64,000 nt of DNA from Eubacteriales bacterium (lineage in GTDB: Bacteria; Bacillota; Clostridia; Oscillospirales; CAG-272), in the NCBI GenBank assembly GCA_045124505.1, contig JBGVLZ010000090.1, positions 24,507 through 88,506 of the forward strand. Reading direction: 5' to 3'. Below the pieces are notes generated by a model, which saw only the letters and a program-made list of their open reading frames with translations, was not told the DNA's origin and did not search any database. A program made the position numbers and the translations under genes. Below are positions 19,774 to 27,482 of this stretch, in pieces (position 1 is the stretch's first letter; each line of letters opens with the position of its first letter).

Positions 19774-19900
19774 GCTCGTTTAAGGAAATAACTCACAAAG
19801 TGAGTCACCCCATGTGTTTTTTTGAATATTTATATATTTTGAGGCGGACGACCAATGGTCGTCCCCTATAATGTGACCTGTATTTTCCTTAAATGAGCCG
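19774..19900. repeat. intergenic repeat element (palindromic core GGACGACCAATGGTCGTCC plus TATTTCCTTAAAYGAGC boxes); second copy at ~45022-45100
   Basis: The ~80-nt stretch 19824-19900 matches the reverse complement of 45022-45100 at most positions (ATATTTATAYATTTTGARGCGGACGACCAATGGTCGYCCCTA..TTAAATGAGCC). An inverted box copy lies at 19774-19793. Confidence 0.65.
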
Positions 19901-19925
19901 GCTCTTACACTGAAATTTTAACGTA

Positions 19926-20357
19926 TTATAATTTATCCACATCGGCTTCGGTTATGATCTTGAAGCCTGCATCGCAAAGCGCTTTTTCAGCCGCATCGTT
20001 ATTTTCAACACGGATAACAACGTAAGCGTGCTTTTCTGTGCGTGCCATAAATGCATAAAGATATTCAATGTTGATCTTGTTTTCATCAAGCACTTTCAGA
20101 GCTGATGAAAGCTTACCCGGTGCATCGCCGATCTTTACACCGACAACGTCGGTGATCTTTATAAGATATCCTTCGTCTTTCAAGATTTTTTCTGCTGTTT
20201 CTTCATCGTTGACGATAAGGCGCAGTATGCCGAAATCCTGTGTTTCAGCAATAGAAAGTGCACGGATGTTTATATTATGAGCAGAAAGTGTTTCGGTGAT
20301 GGAAACGACTGCGCCCTGTTTGTTTTCAACAAATACCGTTAATTGTCTGATAGCCAT
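19926..20357 (-). CDS. ACT-domain protein (two ACT-like halves)
   Basis: 143 aa. The pattern LTVFVENKQGAVVSITETLSAHNINIRALS is repeated as GVKIGDAPGKLSSALKVLDENKINIEYLY. It lies immediately downstream of the PaaK-like ligase. Confidence 0.85.
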   Translation of the reverse strand: MAIRQLTVFVENKQGAVVSITETLSAHNINIRALSIAETQDFGILRLIVNDEETAEKILKDEGYLIKITDVVGVKIGDAPGKLSSALKVLDENKINIEYLYAFMARTEKHAYVVIRVENNDAAEKALCDAGFKIITEADVDKL

Positions 20358-20374
20358 AATTTTATCCCCCTATA

Positions 20375-21682
20375 TTATACAAGCTTTCTCTTGTCGATTA
20401 CACGGACGGCTTTGCCTTCGCTTCTTGCGATGCTCTTGGGTGCGACAAGATGAACGGCAGGATTTATGCCGAGCATTGTCTTCATTGCACCTGCAAGAGA
20501 TTTTTCCATGCTGAGAATTTCACTTACCTTGTCGGTGAACTTTTCGGGTGTCATTTCTACATTCACCTCAAATGTATCCGTGTTCTTTACACGGTCAACG
20601 ATGATCTGATAGTTTGGTTCATATCCTTCGTTAAGAAGTACTGTTTCTATCTGGCTGGGGAATACGTTTACACCCCTGATTATGAGCATATCGTCTGTTC
20701 TTCCCATCGGCTTTGCCATTTTGACGAGAGTTCTTCCGCAGGAGCATTTTTTGCGTGAAAGAACACAGATATCACGTGTGCGGTAACGCAAAAGCGGGAA
20801 TGCTTCCTTGTCAAGGGAAGTGAACACAAGCTCACCCTTCGAGCCTTCGGGAAGGACCTCACCTGTTTCAGGATCGATTATCTCGGCATAGAAGTGGTCC
20901 TCATTGATGTGCATACCTGCCTGCTCCTCACATTCAAATGCAACCCCGGGGCCGCTTGTTTCTGTAAGACCGTATATGTCATATGCCTTGATTCCAAGCG
21001 TTTTTTCAATACCCTGACGCATTTCCTCCGTCCACGGCTCAGCACCGAAAATGCCTGCTTTAAGCGGAATGTCTTCGGGCTTGTATCCCTGTTCCTTCAG
21101 AGTTTCACCGATATATGCCGCATAAGATGGGGTACAGCAGATGATCGAAGCGTTCAGATCCATCATGAACTGTATCTGACGGTCGGTGTTTCCTGACGAC
21201 ATGGGAAGCGTAAGACAGCCTACTTTGTGAGAACCGCCGTTAAGTCCGGGACCGCCTGTGAAAAGACCGTAGCCGTATGCGACCTGACAAACGTCTTTTT
21301 TCGTTCCGCCTGCGGCAGTTATTGCACGTGCACAGCAGTCTTCCCAAAGATCAATGTCGTGCTGTGTATAGAACGCCACAACACGCCTGCCTGTTGTGCC
21401 CGATGTTGACTGAATACGCACACAGTCCTCAAGCGGCTTTGCCAAAAGTCCGTAAGGATATGCATCTCTTAAATCTGCTTTTGTTAAAAACGGGAGCTTG
21501 TGAAGATCGTCAATTCCTTTGATATCTTCGGGCTTTACGCCCTTTTCATCCATAAGCTTTTTGTAGTAAGGGACGTTATCGTAAACGTGCTTTACCTGCT
21601 TGACGAGCTTTTCCGACTGAAGCTTTTTCATATCTTCGATCGGCATTGTTTCGATTTCCTTCTGATAGTAGTTTTGTGCCAT
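20375..21682 (-). CDS. phenylacetate--CoA ligase family (PaaK / F390-synthetase-like) adenylate-forming enzyme
   Basis: STSGTTGRRV P-loop, YGLTE, and ~435 aa architecture typical of PaaK. Start is at MAQNYYQKE behind AAGGATGG. Confidence 0.85.
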   Translation of the reverse strand: MAQNYYQKEIETMPIEDMKKLQSEKLVKQVKHVYDNVPYYKKLMDEKGVKPEDIKGIDDLHKLPFLTKADLRDAYPYGLLAKPLEDCVRIQSTSGTTGRRVVAFYTQHDIDLWEDCCARAITAAGGTKKDVCQVAYGYGLFTGGPGLNGGSHKVGCLTLPMSSGNTDRQIQFMMDLNASIICCTPSYAAYIGETLKEQGYKPEDIPLKAGIFGAEPWTEEMRQGIEKTLGIKAYDIYGLTETSGPGVAFECEEQAGMHINEDHFYAEIIDPETGEVLPEGSKGELVFTSLDKEAFPLLRYRTRDICVLSRKKCSCGRTLVKMAKPMGRTDDMLIIRGVNVFPSQIETVLLNEGYEPNYQIIVDRVKNTDTFEVNVEMTPEKFTDKVSEILSMEKSLAGAMKTMLGINPAVHLVAPKSIARSEGKAVRVIDKRKLV

Positions 21683-21752
21683 TTTGGACCATCCTTTCTT
21701 TTGCTCACTTTTGAGCTGTGTTTTGATAAGTTCGGAAGAGGATATGGCAAAC

Positions 21753-21995
21753 AAAAACGCCCTCCGCATTCCGATAAGAATACAGAGGACGAGAAAATCA
21801 ATAATCCCGTGGTACCACCTCAGTTCGCCGATACCTCACGGCAACGACCTTTTCAGGTACTGACATACCTTAGTTCTGTGACGGGAACTCCCGTTGCATC
21901 CTACTAAAGATTTCTCTTATTCAGCGCACTGCTAACAGAATGAATTCGAGAAGGACATCCGCTTTGCCTCGCACCACCCGGCAACTCTCTCCAGC
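21753..21995 (-). promoter_or_regulatory. T-box riboswitch, specifier UUC (Phe)
   Basis: Read on the minus strand: K-turn/AGTA region, then AGAGAG..GGTGCGAG, then the specifier context GAA-TTC-A followed by lower stem TTCTG (plus 21941-21947). The T-box sequence is GAGGTGGTACCACGG (plus 21803-21822). A terminator hairpin plus U-run lies at 21753-21791. Confidence 0.85.
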
Positions 21996-22060
21996 TTCTT
22001 TCCAACCTACTGGTTTCTGATCTTCGCATTTAGTGTTACAACTTATTCAATTGTGTCGTC

Positions 22061-22089
22061 ATTGTAGCACTTTAATTCGCAAAAGTCAA
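22061..22089 (-). promoter_or_regulatory. sigmaA-like promoter of the Phe T-box operon
   Basis: TTGACT - 17 nt - TACAAT on the minus strand. Confidence 0.6.
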
Positions 22090-22184
22090 GAGGTTTAAAG
22101 AATTTTTTTAATTTTTTTATTTCACGGCAAAATGACCGCTTCTGATTTCCGAAACGGTCATGTTTGCTCATTTAATATAGGCTT

Positions 22185-23393
22185 TTATTCAGATGCTTTG
22201 AAATTATATACAGGCTTCAATTTGCAGATGATGTCCGCTGTCGGCGCAATATTTCCAATTATTTCAGCAATACTTTTGTATGCCATGGGTGACTCATCAA
22301 GTGTGTCGGGAACAACACAGGTTGAATATATACCTGCCATTTCAGTTTCGTATTCAGCCATTGTAAGACGCTCAAACGCGGCAGAGCGTGACATAAGACG
22401 TCCTGCTCCGTGAGGCGCTGAAAAGTTCCAATCCTCATTTCCTTTACCTATACAGATGAGTGAGCCGTCACGCATATTAATGGGAATAAGGAGCTTTTCG
22501 CCCGCTTTGGCAGACACCGCACCTTTGCGGAGAATCATCTCATTTACATCGATATAGTTGTGTATGGTCTGAAATGTTTCAATGGGTGTGAAATTGCAAT
22601 ATTCAATGATCTTCTCCGCTATTTTTGCACGGTTTCTTTCAGCAAATTTCTGACAAATATCCACGTCGTGAAGATAATCATCCATAAACGAACCGTAGAG
22701 AAAGCAAAGATCACGGGGAAGTGTGGGCTCTTTTGCATGAAATTCATTTTCAAGCGCTTTCAGCGCACCCTGTATTTCGCACCGTCTGCCCTGTTCTTTG
22801 TATGTTCGTATAATTTCATCACGCTGTTTGAAATATTCCTCTTTTCCCGAATTAAGGTCAATGGCAATATCTTGATAAAATTCTGCTACCTGTGTGCCGA
22901 GGTTACGGCTTCCCGAATGTATCACGAGATATTTTCCGCCGTTTTCATCCTCGTCGATTTCAATGAAGTGATTTCCGCCTCCGAGCGTTCCAATCGATCT
23001 TTCAAGACGCTTTGTGTCCTTGAGATTTCTGTAACAGCAAAGAGTTGTAAGGTCAAATCTTTCCTGTCTGCCTTCCCATACGTTTCGCCCCGAGGGAATT
23101 GAATGTGATATCGTATCGACCTTTTCAAAATCGATATCGATGTTTCCGAGGTACACTGTATACATTCCGCATCCGATGTCAACACCGACCATTGAAGGAA
23201 CGATCTTATCCGTTACGGTCATCGTTGTGCCGATCGTACAGCCCTTGCCTGCGTGAACGTCGGGCATTATTCTTATTTTAGAGGATGCAAATGCTTCTGT
23301 ATCGCATACAGCCTTTATTTGCTCAAATGCGCCGTCCTCAACAGTTGTTGCAAAGCACTTGGCTGTGTTGAAATTTCCTTTTATCTCTAACAT
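22185..23393 (-). CDS. rtcB: RNA-splicing/repair ligase RtcB (3'-phosphate/5'-OH ligase)
   Basis: RtcB motifs MPDVHAGKGCTIG, GGGNHFIE, HSGSRNLG, APHGAGR. 402 aa. Confidence 0.92.
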   Translation of the reverse strand: MLEIKGNFNTAKCFATTVEDGAFEQIKAVCDTEAFASSKIRIMPDVHAGKGCTIGTTMTVTDKIVPSMVGVDIGCGMYTVYLGNIDIDFEKVDTISHSIPSGRNVWEGRQERFDLTTLCCYRNLKDTKRLERSIGTLGGGNHFIEIDEDENGGKYLVIHSGSRNLGTQVAEFYQDIAIDLNSGKEEYFKQRDEIIRTYKEQGRRCEIQGALKALENEFHAKEPTLPRDLCFLYGSFMDDYLHDVDICQKFAERNRAKIAEKIIEYCNFTPIETFQTIHNYIDVNEMILRKGAVSAKAGEKLLIPINMRDGSLICIGKGNEDWNFSAPHGAGRLMSRSAAFERLTMAEYETEMAGIYSTCVVPDTLDESPMAYKSIAEIIGNIAPTADIICKLKPVYNFKASE

Positions 23394-23415
23394 ATAATTT
23401 TCCTTTCATACTGTA

Positions 23416-23458
23416 CAGCCGGGCGGTGTAAGTGTATACAAAACAATGCGCCCGGCTG
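23416..23458 (-). other. 10-bp GC-rich hairpin in the SPFH-rtcB spacer (no U-run)
   Basis: CAGCCGGGCG (23416-23425) pairs with CGCCCGGCTG (23449-23458). Confidence 0.4.
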
Positions 23459-23464
23459 ATACAT

Positions 23465-24568
23465 TCAGGCATTGTTTGTGCTTAAAATAGCCGTAAGGCT
23501 GCTCAGAATATTTCCGTTGCTGTCTACGGAAATATTTCCGACATTTTCGCAAATTTTCTCTATATATTCCAGCTCCTTGAGCTTGTAAAGTGTTTTGTTT
23601 TCGTCCATCAGCTTTGCTGTATTTAATAATGAACGTGTGGAAGCGACCTCCTCACGGCGTGTAATTACATTCGCCTGCGCACGTTTTTCGGCAACAAGCA
23701 CGGTGTTCATTATTTCACGTATTTCACCGGGGAGGATAATGTCCTTTACATCGGCACTTTTGATCTCAACAAACAGCTCTTTTTCCTTTGCTTTCAATTT
23801 TTTATATACAAACTCGGATATCTGCTCCTTATTTTCAAGGATTTCATCGAGCTTATATTTACCAACGTATTCACGCAGGAAAAGCTGGGATGAAACGTGT
23901 ATTTGTTCTGCAAAATCGTCTATTTCCGTCGCTATTTTCACATAGTCGGTAATACGGTAGTTACAGACAAAATTTATGCGCAGAGATACTTTATCCGATG
24001 TCAATATTTCCTGCCCCTGAATATTCATCTGTAAAAGACGTGTGTCTATAAGCTCAGCATCAACCTTCACGGGTGTGTTCCAGAAGTAATATGTACCCAC
24101 ATCTAAAATTCGCTGTAGCTTTTTGTTGAAGTAAAGCCTTGCTTTCTGGTATTCGGCAACCTCTACTTTTGTATAGTAAATTTCGGGTATATTTGAAAAT
24201 ATGTATTCGGGTACAGATTCATCGACTGTCGGATCTGAAATGTCAATGATTTTGAATTCGTGACTGTCAAAGACCTTCCAGAAGGCATACTTCCCACTTG
24301 TAAGCACGGAATGAAACTTGCCGTTTACATAGTGAAGTGCAAGCTCTTCATCTTTCGCCTCCGTCACTGTCACACATTTTGCTATGTTTTTATCCGACAA
24401 CAGTGTTTCAAGGGAACATTTATCTGAAACAATAGGATATTTTAAATCCGAAATTTCAATTTCACTGCCGCCGAAAACGGTATATTTACCCGCACCGAGC
24501 AATTTTATATATTTTCCGTTTTTAAAAAGAAAGCCTCTTTGATTTTCGTTTATTATAATTCTTTTCAT
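23465..24568 (-). CDS. SPFH/band-7 domain protein (cytoplasmic-type, three N-terminal GKY..FW repeats)
   Basis: The C-terminal half has an SPFH-like pattern (TSDKVSLRINFVCNYRITD...EIREIMNTVLVAEKRAQANVITRREEVASTRSLLNTAKL). No N-terminal TM segment is seen. Confidence 0.8.
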   Translation of the reverse strand: MKRIIINENQRGFLFKNGKYIKLLGAGKYTVFGGSEIEISDLKYPIVSDKCSLETLLSDKNIAKCVTVTEAKDEELALHYVNGKFHSVLTSGKYAFWKVFDSHEFKIIDISDPTVDESVPEYIFSNIPEIYYTKVEVAEYQKARLYFNKKLQRILDVGTYYFWNTPVKVDAELIDTRLLQMNIQGQEILTSDKVSLRINFVCNYRITDYVKIATEIDDFAEQIHVSSQLFLREYVGKYKLDEILENKEQISEFVYKKLKAKEKELFVEIKSADVKDIILPGEIREIMNTVLVAEKRAQANVITRREEVASTRSLLNTAKLMDENKTLYKLKELEYIEKICENVGNISVDSNGNILSSLTAILSTNNA

Positions 24569-24807
24569 ATATTTAATTCCTTTCTAAAACTTAATGGATT
24601 TCTGACCTGTTTTGCTGTATCCGAAGCATTCGGAATATAGTCTTGCAAACAGCTTTGACATCGTCTTTAAGCTCACGGGGAAAACCTTTTGCAAGCTCTT
24701 CTGTAAGCATGTTCTTTTTTGATCTGAATAAAAAACGCATACCGTTACCTCAAGATTTGTTTGCGTTACCATTTTTGCAAAAGCGGCGGCTGAAATCTTG
24801 AGTGATG

Positions 24808-25085
24808 CCGCAGTACCACGGAAAATTCGGTGATGCTTTGGAAAACACGGTATCTGTTTTCAGACAAGGCACGCTTTTGCTCGATGATAACCAATCTTTA
24901 ATTAAATATTCTCTTACACAAAAGCGGACCTTTGTGTAATATCTGCGTCCCGAAGGACAAAATCCAAACCGCTGGCATATACCTTTTGAGTATACGGCGG
25001 GATTCGAACCCGCGAAATGAGAGCTTAAAAGGCTCAATGCAAAATTACATCAGCATACACTTCGGAATATCCCCGTGCACTGCGG
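24808..25085 (-). ncRNA. candidate structured RNA (Y-RNA-like / tRNA-like-module RNA, or structured 5' leader of the SPFH-rtcB transcript)
   Basis: A 13-bp long-range helix (plus 25073-25085 with 24808-24821) has one G-U that is valid only on the minus strand. A second helix pairs 25052-25060 with 24830-24837. It encloses a tRNA-shaped module, a UUCG-capped hairpin (24947-24958) and an 8-bp hairpin (24915-24938). There is no convincing ORF or RBS in the 610-bp gap. Confidence 0.35.
24989..25058 (-). other. tRNA-like module inside the candidate RNA (perfect T-arm, aberrant D-arm)
   Basis: Minus strand: acceptor-like GTATGCT/CGTATAC; anticodon-like arm with loop CTTTTAA; T-arm GCGGG-TTCGAAT-CCCGC (plus 24997-25013). 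The D-arm lacks GG, position 8 is not U, and there is no CCA. Confidence 0.4.
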
Positions 25086-25158
25086 TGAAGAATTGCTCAA
25101 ACACACGCTTTGTAACCTTGCAAGCATATTTTACCACCGCATTTCATGTTTTTCACGG

Positions 25159-25191
25159 AAAAAAAGCTGCGAACTTAATTAAAGTCCGCAG
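25159..25191 (-). terminator. intrinsic terminator of the WYL gene pair
   Basis: Minus strand CTGCGGA...TTCGCAG 7-bp stem overlapping the stop codon, followed by CTTTTTTT. Confidence 0.5.
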
Positions 25192-26087
25192 TTTAACTGT
25201 TTTTTGAGTTTTTCAATAACTGATTTTCTGAATGATTCAGGGGCAGTAACCTCAACCATCGGCCCGAAAGAAAGTATCCTGATTACCATTTCGGGTTCAT
25301 CATCGTGAACGTATTTTATCCTGACAAGATAATTTTTCTTGTCAAGCTTCTCAGCTTGCTTTTCAAAATGGGCAAAGTGAAGCATAAAGCGTTCAAGTGT
25401 ATTTCTTTCATCGTGTATCTTCACTGTAACGGTATTATATGCAGCATCACGTTCTTTTCCGACTGAAATTCTTTCACCTGTGTAATGGTTACAAGACATT
25501 ATTTTTGCAAGATTTACAGTAGGCACGTGGCGGCGTCCTGCTGTTATAACTCTGAATTTGTCGTCCTTTTCGGAATATTCAAGTCTTACAGGTCTGCATC
25601 TGACAAACATTGTGTTGCCTTGGCGGTTAATCATTTCAAATTTTATTTGTGACTTTTTCCGTATAGCCTCAAGAATTACCCTGAACTGTCTTATGTATTC
25701 TTCATTTTCAAACGGATCGCCGTCACCGTATTTATCGTAGATGTAATAATCCTCGGAAGTAAAAAGAGGTTCAACTCCGTCAAGGTCGGGAAAATCAATA
25801 TCAAATAATTTTATTCTCGGATCAAGTGAAATTGCTTTAAGCCATCTTTTCTGAAGAGTTGTCAGGGGCATTGTGGGCTTGTGCTCAAGCGGTGTTGTCA
25901 CGTCACTGTGTACAAGTTGCCATTTTTCGTTTTTGAATGAAGGAATAATAGTCAGCACGCTTTCACCGAAAGCACGGTCATAAACTACTTTTTGTAATTC
26001 CTTTTCGGAGCATTCGCCTTCAATGATCTTGGATATGATATCGGCAACTGTGTTATAATATGCAGAATAAAGCTCGCTGAATATCAT
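25179..26087 (-). CDS. WYL-domain regulator-like protein (PafC-like partner)
   Basis: 302 aa. The segment NTMFVRCRPVRLEYSEKDDKFRVITAG...VNLAKIMS fits the WYL Sm-like barrel pattern. It overlaps the upstream WYL gene by 4 nt. Confidence 0.65.
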   Translation of the reverse strand: MIFSELYSAYYNTVADIISKIIEGECSEKELQKVVYDRAFGESVLTIIPSFKNEKWQLVHSDVTTPLEHKPTMPLTTLQKRWLKAISLDPRIKLFDIDFPDLDGVEPLFTSEDYYIYDKYGDGDPFENEEYIRQFRVILEAIRKKSQIKFEMINRQGNTMFVRCRPVRLEYSEKDDKFRVITAGRRHVPTVNLAKIMSCNHYTGERISVGKERDAAYNTVTVKIHDERNTLERFMLHFAHFEKQAEKLDKKNYLVRIKYVHDDEPEMVIRILSFGPMVEVTAPESFRKSVIEKLKKQLNCGL

Positions 26088-27343
26088 GCTTCATCCTCCT
26101 TTGTGATGCCGTAAATACGGTACATTTCTTCAAGATCCTTTTTAAATTCGTTTTCGACTGTGCGGTTTGAAAAATTAAGCTGTACTATACGGCAGATAAA
26201 TGTTCTTATCCACGGCTTCATTTCGCTCGTGTCATATACGTCGGCAGAAAAACGGTATGTGTTTTCATCAAGCTTTTCAACGGTGCCTATGCGTTTTTCA
26301 CGTTCAAGACGCCTTATTATGTAGTCTTCTCCGTCTTCGATTTTCACGGTAAATTCCACGTGCTCAAGCTGTTCGTTACCCCATTTGTTGCGTTTTACGC
26401 TGACACCCCACATTTTGCTTTGCATTCTGTCAAGCTCACGCCTGAGCTCGTCAAATCTCGGTGTCGGTTCTTCAAGCTTTACATTTGATAAATAGTCAAT
26501 ACGGTAACTGTTAAATGAATTATAATCGGGTAAATACGCAAAAAGGTGCTGTCTGCCGCTTTGCACGCTGATAAATATACGTAATGGCACTATTCGGTTT
26601 TTCTTCGGAAGGTCTTTACGTCTGCTCATATTGGATACTGTCACGGCACGTTTTTCTCTCATAGCTGTGAAAAGCGTTGCAAGCACACCGCTGTCAATTG
26701 CACTCGTTATATAATGGTGCTTGAATGTGAAAGTATCTGTGTCAGATTCCTGCTTGTCAAGTATGAACGAACCTATGACACCGCAGGGTGCAACCTCGGA
26801 AAAGTAATGAAGAGCATCGTTGATCTTCGAAATATCGGTGCTTTCCGTTCTGCTGTAATATACATTTCTTCCTTCTTTTTCTGCGGTTATGATACCTGCT
26901 TCACAGTATTCCTTCAGTTTCTTGCGGACGGTGGATTCATCAAATACCATTGGATGACTGAATCCCGAAAGATATTTTTTATCAATTTCTTTCAGAATTT
27001 CGGAAACGGTGCGCTTTACAGAAGGTTCATACAAAATATCAAAAATTATAAAATGGAGTGTTATATCCCCATCGGTAAAGCTTTTCGCTTTCCAGGCATT
27101 GTATAAAGGGTTATGTCTGATCGTGCGGCTGTCAATTGAGATGAAAACGTTTTTTCCCTCCTGTGTGCGGACGAATCCCATGTGATCGCCGAGCCAGCTT
27201 TCAATACGTCTTCGCTCATCATCATATGAGCGTGCGCTTTTCGTCTGATATTCCTCACGGCTTTTAAAACCGTAAACGTAAAAATCACGCATGTAAGCCC
27301 TTATCTTTTCAAAATTCTTAATAAGCTCGCTGTATGATGACAT
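26084..27343 (-). CDS. wHTH + WYL + WCX-type transcriptional regulator
   Basis: wHTH (TVSEILKEIDK...STVRKKLKEYCEAGIITAEKEGRNVYYS). WYL block (NRIVPLRIFISVQSGRQHLFAYLPDYNSFNSYRIDYLSNVKL). Start is at MSSYSELIK behind GGGGTGA. Confidence 0.7.
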   Translation of the reverse strand: MSSYSELIKNFEKIRAYMRDFYVYGFKSREEYQTKSARSYDDERRRIESWLGDHMGFVRTQEGKNVFISIDSRTIRHNPLYNAWKAKSFTDGDITLHFIIFDILYEPSVKRTVSEILKEIDKKYLSGFSHPMVFDESTVRKKLKEYCEAGIITAEKEGRNVYYSRTESTDISKINDALHYFSEVAPCGVIGSFILDKQESDTDTFTFKHHYITSAIDSGVLATLFTAMREKRAVTVSNMSRRKDLPKKNRIVPLRIFISVQSGRQHLFAYLPDYNSFNSYRIDYLSNVKLEEPTPRFDELRRELDRMQSKMWGVSVKRNKWGNEQLEHVEFTVKIEDGEDYIIRRLEREKRIGTVEKLDENTYRFSADVYDTSEMKPWIRTFICRIVQLNFSNRTVENEFKKDLEEMYRIYGITKEDEA

Positions 27344-27371
27344 TTTTTCACCCCATATATATAATACATAT

Positions 27372-27400
27372 ATTATAACGTCACCGTCGGATAATGTCAA
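27372..27400 (-). promoter_or_regulatory. sigmaA-like promoter of WYL pair
   Basis: TTGACA - 17 nt - TATAAT on the minus strand. Confidence 0.6.
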
Positions 27401-27422
27401 TATCGTTTGTAAAACAATGCTG

Positions 27423-27451
27423 TTGACATTACAATGAAAAGTATGTATAAT
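27423..27451 (+). promoter_or_regulatory. sigmaA-like promoter of PHP gene (back-to-back with WYL promoter)
   Basis: TTGACA - 17 nt - TATAAT. Confidence 0.6.
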
Positions 27452-27482
27452 AAAACAGCAAAAATATTAAAGGCGGGGAATT

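Noticed and set aside
19661-19925. A fifth T-box or other riboswitch upstream of DAHP synthase.
   Set aside because: No AGAGAG/GGTGNRA/T-box sequence is present. The interval is explained by the dispersed repeat plus a weak promoter-like TTGACA.
24808-24821. A T-box-like sequence (minus strand CCGTGGTACTGCGG, one mismatch from GGTGGTACCGCG) upstream of the SPFH gene.
   Set aside because: There is no stem I (no AGAGAG / GGTGNRA pair in the right order), no specifier loop, and no antiterminator/terminator overlap. The segment instead forms a 13-bp helix with 25073-25085, so I treat it as the 3' strand of a closing stem.
24989-25058. A genuine tRNA-Lys(UUU) gene on the minus strand.
   Set aside because: The T-arm and anticodon loop are tRNA-perfect, but the D-arm lacks the conserved GG, position 8 is not U, the acceptor has a terminal mismatch and is AT-rich, and no CCA or processing context is present. 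I report it only as a tRNA-like module; a tRNA 3'-half integration scar remains an alternative.
24584-25207. Small ORFs in the WYL-SPFH gap (24584-24772 -, 24750-25037 -, 24932-25207 +).
   Set aside because: They have no RBS, they overlap each other and the predicted RNA helices, and their composition looks non-coding.
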